Origin: a bacterium
GTDB lineage: Bacteria; Methylomirabilota; Methylomirabilia; CAVQYV01
Assembly: GCA_043800755.1 (NCBI GenBank)
Contig: JAZDMQ010000149.1
Span: 1-22,309, forward strand
Reading direction: 5' to 3'
Length of the DNA: 22,309 nucleotides
Part shown: positions 17,901 to 22,309 of the stretch, piece by piece
Layout: every line of letters starts with the position of its first letter
How positions within the stretch are numbered: the first letter of the stretch is position 1
Position numbers and translations under genes: made by a program
Notes under the pieces: generated by a model
What the model was told of the DNA's origin: nothing
Seen by the model: the letters and a program-made list of their open reading frames with translations, nothing else
Database searches by the model: none

Positions 17901-18394
17901 TTCGGCCCCAGTTCATCCCGGGAGACCTGAACCAGATCGTCCGCGAGTGCCTCACCCTCTACCAGGATCGAATCAAGGGACAAGGTCTAAACCTACGCGC
18001 CCACCTCGAACGAAAGCTCCCCCTGGTCCCCCTGGACGCGACCCAGATGCAGCAGGCCCTGTCCAACCTCTTGGACAATGCCCTGGAGGCGATGCCGGAA
18101 GGGGGTGATCTGCAGGTCTCGACCTTCAACTCTCCGGAGGCCGTCCACCTGGAGATTAGGGACACCGGACCCGGGATCCCTCCAGGGGCCATGGAGGCCA
18201 TCTTCGATCCCCTCTTCACTACCAAGGCGGAGGGGACCGGGCTGGGGCTTACCCTTACCCGTCGTATCATCTCCAACCATCAAGGGAGGATCGAGGTGAG
18301 AAACCTCCCGGAGAGGGGAGCCACCTTTTCCATCTCCCTTCCCCGGAGGCCGGAGACGGAACAATCCTTAAATCAGAAAGAGGAGGTGGTTTGA
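14921..18394 (+). CDS. Membrane-bound sensor histidine kinase: TM, extracytoplasmic domain, TM, PAS, 3xGAF, HisKA, HATPase (1157 aa)
   Basis: Two hydrophobic helices (about aa 23-45 and 205-225); PAS ending FRDIT; three GAF repeats ending MFIEN, ALAIENA and GMAIEGA; H-box AHQIRNPL (His940); NLLDNALEA, DTGPGIP, IFDPLFTTK, GTGLGL. GTG start 3 bp after the glgA stop. Confidence 0.93.
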   Translation: MNEVTHPGKPKGMTFSIFPQEIRGSLLLAFCLLLLLFLSLALFALQQAREVRRQTELMVENFRKGNLIFSQLGNFALELNVIAKGGMRTANLQEGARLAERLQHTKAEIDSYIAGHLQDASSPAERQAWEDLQKGVADYWNGLQGMVQLIQRGGKPGAFLLSNSRALMSQRRLRANRERLFPLFETTAMGHQQDISAALGEFRARTLVLTVLTLLIGIGIMYFSLRDIQAKTDRIKKERDFSQVLIEAIGDGVALFNAQGRVEFANRRFAEMLNYPPEEILRKAYPEIFHPEDLPQVESEGPSVARRPFTLEGQLIRADGTSFPALVTAAPRLNEAGISLGSVALFRDITGAKEAEQEILRRNRELASLNAVTATMTQSLNLQETLGNAVDKVMEALDLDGCEIYLQQEEEDRLIQVACEGMNKGDSPQQSVPELELSRSKLMAWGGEPIILNRLQGEIHLALLSQGFLSFASIPIQSQGITLGVLNAASRRPEGFAAPEIELLRSSANQMGMFIENVRSFERERRRVEELSSLIQVAQAVNSSLDLEKVLGSIVGMAAKVMNAPAANLMLVDQGSGELQWSANVGFPPEWIEVGSLKVGQSISGLVISTKASLSILEMSQDPRFLYPEMAAKYGFHSFLGVPLALREKIIGGLYICTTEPHRFSEREVGLLSALANQAALAIENARLFRETGNLAAQNFRRYQEVSILHEVGAAMRSTIHFDQLLPIILTGVTFGGGLGFNRAILFLADERNEFLEGVLGMGPGSAEEASAIWSQLEEKRSSLLELSQSISGESLTRSPFNLFARSLKVPLAPQAGVIARTAIERKGFNVQDLASPEAKIYPEFEGRLGTSAFATVPLLAKDQVIGVIWVDNLYNGRPITDGDFRFLAALANQAGMAIEGARLYSRLEEAHRQLLQSHHQIVQMERLATLGEMSATLAHQIRNPLVSIGGFARRLSQMSPEDSPPRQYLEIIQREVQRLEEIVKDILSVFRGIRPQFIPGDLNQIVRECLTLYQDRIKGQGLNLRAHLERKLPLVPLDATQMQQALSNLLDNALEAMPEGGDLQVSTFNSPEAVHLEIRDTGPGIPPGAMEAIFDPLFTTKAEGTGLGLTLTRRIISNHQGRIEVRNLPERGATFSISLPRRPETEQSLNQKEEVV

Positions 18395-18754
18395 ATGAAA
18401 AAGATCCTGGTAGTGGATGATGAAGAGAGCATTCGCCTCCTCTACCAGGAGGAGCTCAGGGATGCCGGATACGAGGTAGTAACCGCCCAAGATGGGGCAG
18501 AGGCCTTAAGAATGGTGAAAGAGAACAGGCCGGATCTGATCACCCTGGATCTCAAGATGGCCAATATGGACGGCACGGATTTCCTGCAGGCCTTGAGGAA
18601 GATGTACCGGGATCTCCCGGTGATCATCTGCACCGCCTATGATGACTATCGGCAGGATTTCCGGCTTTGGGCCTCGGATGGCTTCATCACCAAATCCTCG
18701 GATATCACCGAGCTGAAGGCAAAGATATCGAAGCTGTTGGATCAAGGCGGCTGA
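18395..18754 (+). CDS. Single-domain response regulator (receiver only), 119 aa
   Basis: ILVVDDE, DLITLDLKM (phospho-Asp), ICTAY, FITKS; abuts the kinase stop with a GAGGAGG RBS. Confidence 0.93.
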   Translation: MKKILVVDDEESIRLLYQEELRDAGYEVVTAQDGAEALRMVKENRPDLITLDLKMANMDGTDFLQALRKMYRDLPVIICTAYDDYRQDFRLWASDGFITKSSDITELKAKISKLLDQGG

Positions 18755-19141
<387 letters not shown>

Positions 19142-19168
19142 ACCCATCCGTCTCACCCCCTTCAGATC

Positions 19169-20728
19169 ATGAAAAAAGGAAAGAAATCTTTGTCAGAAGA
19201 TCGATCCCCAGGAAGGCCAGAGGCGATCATCGCGCTCTCCCGGCTGAGCGAGACCTTATCCTCCCCCGCGGGCGCCCTCTCCCTGGGAAAGAAGGCCCAG
19301 GAGGCCTTGAAGTCTCTCTGTGCCTTCAAAAGGATGGGCCTCCTCTTCCGCACCCCAGGGGGGAGGTGGAAGGAGCTGGAGGCAGGCGGCGCAACCCCCC
19401 AGCAGCGTTCTCCGCTTCCCTCTCCCTTCCTGGAGCGGATGCAGCGGGAGAGGAGGGCTGTGGCCAGGGCCTCCCGGCAGAAGGAGCCCCTCTTCCTCGA
19501 TCCCCAGGCTCCCCTCGGGCCGGAGCAGGAAGGGAGGTTGCAGGAGCTCTGGATCCCCATCCTGGAAAGGGCGGAGTTGCGCGGGCTCTTGTGGCTGGAG
19601 ACACCCTCGCCCCTTGTTCCTCTCTCCGAATTCTGGGCAGGCCTCTCCCTGATGGCTAACCTCATCGGCCAATCCCGTCTGTTAGAGGCAGCCCTGGCGG
19701 CCAGAAGCGAATCGCCCCTTCCCGAGGCCACTGCCCTGGCCCCCGGAAAGTCAGGCCCCGGATTCCCCTCCATCATTGGCAAGAGCGAAAAGATGCACCA
19801 GGTCTTCGAGGCGATCCAGAAGGTCAGTCCCACCCGGGCCAATGTCCTGCTGCGAGGGGAGAGCGGAACGGGAAAGGAATTGGTGGCCCGCGCCATTCAC
19901 CAGTTCAGCCCTCGCGCCGATAAGCCCTTCGTGGTGCTAAACTGCGCCGCCTTACCCGAATCCCTCATCGAAAGCGAGCTCTTCGGGCACGAGAAGGGCT
20001 CCTTCACCGGGGCGGTGGTCAGCCGAGAGGGGCGCTTCGAGCAGGCCGACGGGGGGACCATATTCCTGGATGAGATTGGGGATATCAGCCGTCTGGTTCA
20101 AGTCAAGCTGCTCCGTTTCCTGCAAGAACGGAAGTTCGAAAGGGTGGGAGGGAAGAAGACCTTCTCCGTGGATATCCGCATTATCGCCGCCACCAATCGC
20201 AACTTGGAGGCGGCGGTGGCCGAGGGCCATTTCCGGGAGGACCTTTTCTATCGGCTGAATGTGGTCCCCATCTATCTCCCTCCCTTGCGGGGGCGAAAAG
20301 AGGATATCCCCCCGCTGGTCGGCCACTTCCTCTCTCGTTTCAATGCTGAAAACGGAAAGCGGGTCAAGCTCTCTGCGCCGGCCATGGACCTGATCATGGG
20401 ATACGCCTGGCCCGGGAATGTACGGGAGTTGGAGAACTGTTTGGAGAGGATCGTGGTAATGGCGGAGCGGGAGGTGATCTCTCCCGAGGAGGTCCCCCTG
20501 CCCTATGGACATCTCTCCTCCCTGTCCGGACCCTCCTCATCGGCCCCTCCCCCGCAGGATTCACCTCCCCTCCCCCAATCGCTGGAGGAGTTGGAGAAAA
20601 GAAGGATCGAGGACGCCTTGCGCCGATGTGGCATGGTACAAGCCAGGGCCGCCCGGCTCCTAGGCATCACCCAGAGGCAGATCGGATACAAGATCAAGAA
20701 GCTGGGCATCACCCTCAAGATCTTATAG
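19169..20728 (+). CDS. NifA-like sigma54-dependent enhancer-binding protein (degenerate GAF, AAA+, HTH), 519 aa
   Basis: Walker [24 protein letters not shown], Walker [28 protein letters not shown]. The C-terminal [20 protein letters not shown] closely resembles the NifA HTH (VQAKAARLLGMTPRQ). Confidence 0.92.
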   Translation: MKKGKKSLSEDRSPGRPEAIIALSRLSETLSSPAGALSLGKKAQEALKSLCAFKRMGLLFRTPGGRWKELEAGGATPQQRSPLPSPFLERMQRERRAVARASRQKEPLFLDPQAPLGPEQEGRLQELWIPILERAELRGLLWLETPSPLVPLSEFWAGLSLMANLIGQSRLLEAALAARSESPLPEATALAPGKSGPGFPSIIGKSEKMHQVFEAIQKVSPTRANVLLRGESGTGKELVARAIHQFSPRADKPFVVLNCAALPESLIESELFGHEKGSFTGAVVSREGRFEQADGGTIFLDEIGDISRLVQVKLLRFLQERKFERVGGKKTFSVDIRIIAATNRNLEAAVAEGHFREDLFYRLNVVPIYLPPLRGRKEDIPPLVGHFLSRFNAENGKRVKLSAPAMDLIMGYAWPGNVRELENCLERIVVMAEREVISPEEVPLPYGHLSSLSGPSSSAPPPQDSPPLPQSLEELEKRRIEDALRRCGMVQARAARLLGITQRQIGYKIKKLGITLKIL

Positions 20729-20736
20729 CGCATAAT

Positions 20737-20752
20737 TGTACGAACTCTTACA
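20737..20752. promoter_or_regulatory. NifA-type upstream activator sequence TGT-N10-ACA
   Basis: TGT (20737-20739) acgaactctt ACA (20750-20752), overlapping TACA-N4-TGTA (20749-20760); about 120 bp upstream of the -24 element. Confidence 0.75.
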
Positions 20753-20816
20753 TCTTTGTAGCATGGGAGGCCGCGTCCCCTCTGCCGGGTCGAACTCCTT
20801 TCTCGCCCTCCGTTCT

Positions 20817-20844
20817 CATCAACTCCTTATTATTCAATTAGTTA
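20817..20844 (+). promoter_or_regulatory. Candidate IHF site(s) between enhancer and sigma54 promoter
   Basis: cATCAActccTTA (20817-20829) and AtTCAAttagTTA (20832-20844), each one mismatch from WATCAANNNNTTR, within an AT-rich island. Confidence 0.55.
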
Positions 20845-20872
20845 TAGATCTAAAGGCCCGCTCCCGGCACCC

Positions 20873-20888
20873 TGGCATCAATATTGCT
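20873..20888 (+). promoter_or_regulatory. Sigma54 (-24/-12) promoter
   Basis: TGGCAT-CAATA-TTGCT: GG at 20874-20875 and GC at 20886-20887 with exact 10-bp spacing; predicted start site near 20899. Confidence 0.85.
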
Positions 20889-20964
20889 GGAATCCATATA
20901 TGAGGTGACCATCAACGCTTCTCTTGATGCTCCACCGCAATTCAACCCGGGGGAAAGGGCAACC

Positions 20965-22309
20965 ATGGTCAAGATCTCGGCAAAAGAACTCTCAGCCAAA
21001 ACGGAGCCGGCCCGGCGGAGCCGGCCCGGCTACGCCCTGTTCTGGGGGTGTCAGATCCCGGCCCGCCTCCCCTTCCTGGAAAAGGGCATGCGGGCGCTGT
21101 TGCAGGACTTGGGGGTGGTGACCCACGACCTCCCGGGCTTCACCTGCTGCCCGGAGCGCTCCTTCATCGCCAACCTCAATCCTTCTCTCTGGCTCATTAC
21201 GGCTGCCCGAAACCTGGCCCTGATAGAGGCCGAGGAAATGGACCTGCTCACCCCCTGTCCGGGGTGTTATGCCACCTTCCGGGAGGCGATCCATCTCCTT
21301 CGGACCGACCGCGAGGCCAGGAAGAGGATCCAGTCCTCCTTGAAATCGCTGGGGTTAGAGTGGAGAGATCGGATCCGCATCTTACATATTGCCACCCTCA
21401 TCCACGAGGTGCTGGGCCTGGATAAGATCAAAGGCCTGCTGAAATACCGGCTGGAGGACCTTCGGCTGGCGGTTCACTATGGCTGCAATCTCCTCCGCTC
21501 GCAGCAGGCTCATCCCTTCGATCATCCCACGCACCCCCGCAAATTGGATAGCCTGGTGGAGGCCCTGGGCGGGATCTCCCTCGAATATGAGACCAAAGGG
21601 GAATGCTGCGGAGAGTCCCTGGGGCGGACGCAAGGGCCCGGTGAGGCCAAGGCCATGGCCCGGAGAAAGCTCGCGGCGATCCGGACCGCCGAAGCCGATG
21701 GCATCCTGGTCGCCTGTCCGGCTTGTTTCATGCAGTTCGACACCCAGCAGGCCCTGATGGCCCGAGAGGGAGAGAATTATCAGATTCCGGTCCTCTATCT
21801 CACCGAGCTGGTGGGCCTTGGTTTCGACCTCTCTCCGGACTCCCTGGGACTTTCCTTCCATCGCACCCCCGTGGGGCCCTTCCTGGAGAAATGGGAGGCA
21901 AAGAGGGGGGCGGGCTCCTCAGGCGGTCCGCCATTTGACAAAGAGGCCCTGAAGCGCTGCCTCAGTTGCAGCGCCTGTCTCAACGACTGCCCCATTGCCC
22001 TCGCGGAGGAGGATTATCGCCCCAATCTCCTGATCGAGAAATTGCTGGGCGGGGATCTATCTTTTTGCCTGAATCACGAAAAGCTCTGGTCCTGTCTTGA
22101 GTGTCACCGTTGCAGCCAGCTCTGTCCCCAGGGATACAGTTGGGAGAAGACCTTACACCTACTGAAGCAACTGGCCATGCAGGAGGGCCAGGCCCCCTCT
22201 TCCCTGCGAGAGGGCGTGGATCGCTTTCTCAAGACTGGCCGTCTGGTCGAGGCAAGCAGCACCTCGCGCAAGAGGCTGGGCCTCCCCGAAATGGAGCCGG
22301 CCCCTTCGG
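20965..22309 (+). CDS. Heterodisulfide reductase-like HdrB-HdrC fusion protein, 3'-truncated by the window edge (at least 448 aa)
   Basis: Not in the ORF track. Manual translation from ATG 20965 is open to the end. HdrB part: YALFWGCQIP, FTCCP, TAARNLAL, TPCPGCY, AVHYGCNLLR, ECCG, VACPACFMQFD, IPVLYLTEL. Linker GAGSSGGPP. HdrC part: CLSCSACLNDCP (from Cys332) and LWSCLECHRCSQLCP. Confidence 0.9.
   Translation, partial: MVKISAKELSAKTEPARRSRPGYALFWGCQIPARLPFLEKGMRALLQDLGVVTHDLPGFTCCPERSFIANLNPSLWLITAARNLALIEAEEMDLLTPCPGCYATFREAIHLLRTDREARKRIQSSLKSLGLEWRDRIRILHIATLIHEVLGLDKIKGLLKYRLEDLRLAVHYGCNLLRSQQAHPFDHPTHPRKLDSLVEALGGISLEYETKGECCGESLGRTQGPGEAKAMARRKLAAIRTAEADGILVACPACFMQFDTQQALMAREGENYQIPVLYLTELVGLGFDLSPDSLGLSFHRTPVGPFLEKWEAKRGAGSSGGPPFDKEALKRCLSCSACLNDCPIALAEEDYRPNLLIEKLLGGDLSFCLNHEKLWSCLECHRCSQLCPQGYSWEKTLHLLKQLAMQEGQAPSSLREGVDRFLKTGRLVEASSTSRKRLGLPEMEPAPS

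Noticed and set aside
19169-20728. Calling the activator nifA and inferring nitrogen fixation
   Set aside because: No nif structural genes in the window, and the adjacent target is hdrBC-like. Only NifA-like is supported.

Overview
GC-rich bacterial window with the gene content of an anaerobe (Deltaproteobacteria/Desulfobacterota-like; taxonomy cannot be fixed from this sequence). It has two divergent arms. The minus-strand arm (12094 to 365) runs larC, uppP, alpha/beta hydrolase, metV, a degenerate metF, iorA, iorB, RraA/HMG-aldolase family, panE-like reductase, glcD-like, glcF-like and a Rid-family gene, then the 5' part of a RAYT/IS200-like HUH transposase at the left edge. The plus-strand arm (12330 to the end) runs galT-family, glgA, a PAS/3xGAF histidine kinase, a single-domain response regulator, P-II and a NifA-like sigma54 activator. 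Two things stand out. (1) Directly after the activator lie a perfect TGT-N10-ACA enhancer, IHF-like sites and a consensus sigma54 promoter, which point at an HdrB-HdrC fusion gene (absent from the ORF track; runs off the right edge) rather than at nif genes. (2) The MetF homologue appears to have lost the three folate-site residues (E. coli E28, D120, Q183), yet sits between an intact MetV and a translationally coupled IorAB in a 2-oxo/2-hydroxy-acid cluster. All calls come from manual motif recognition; no searches were run.
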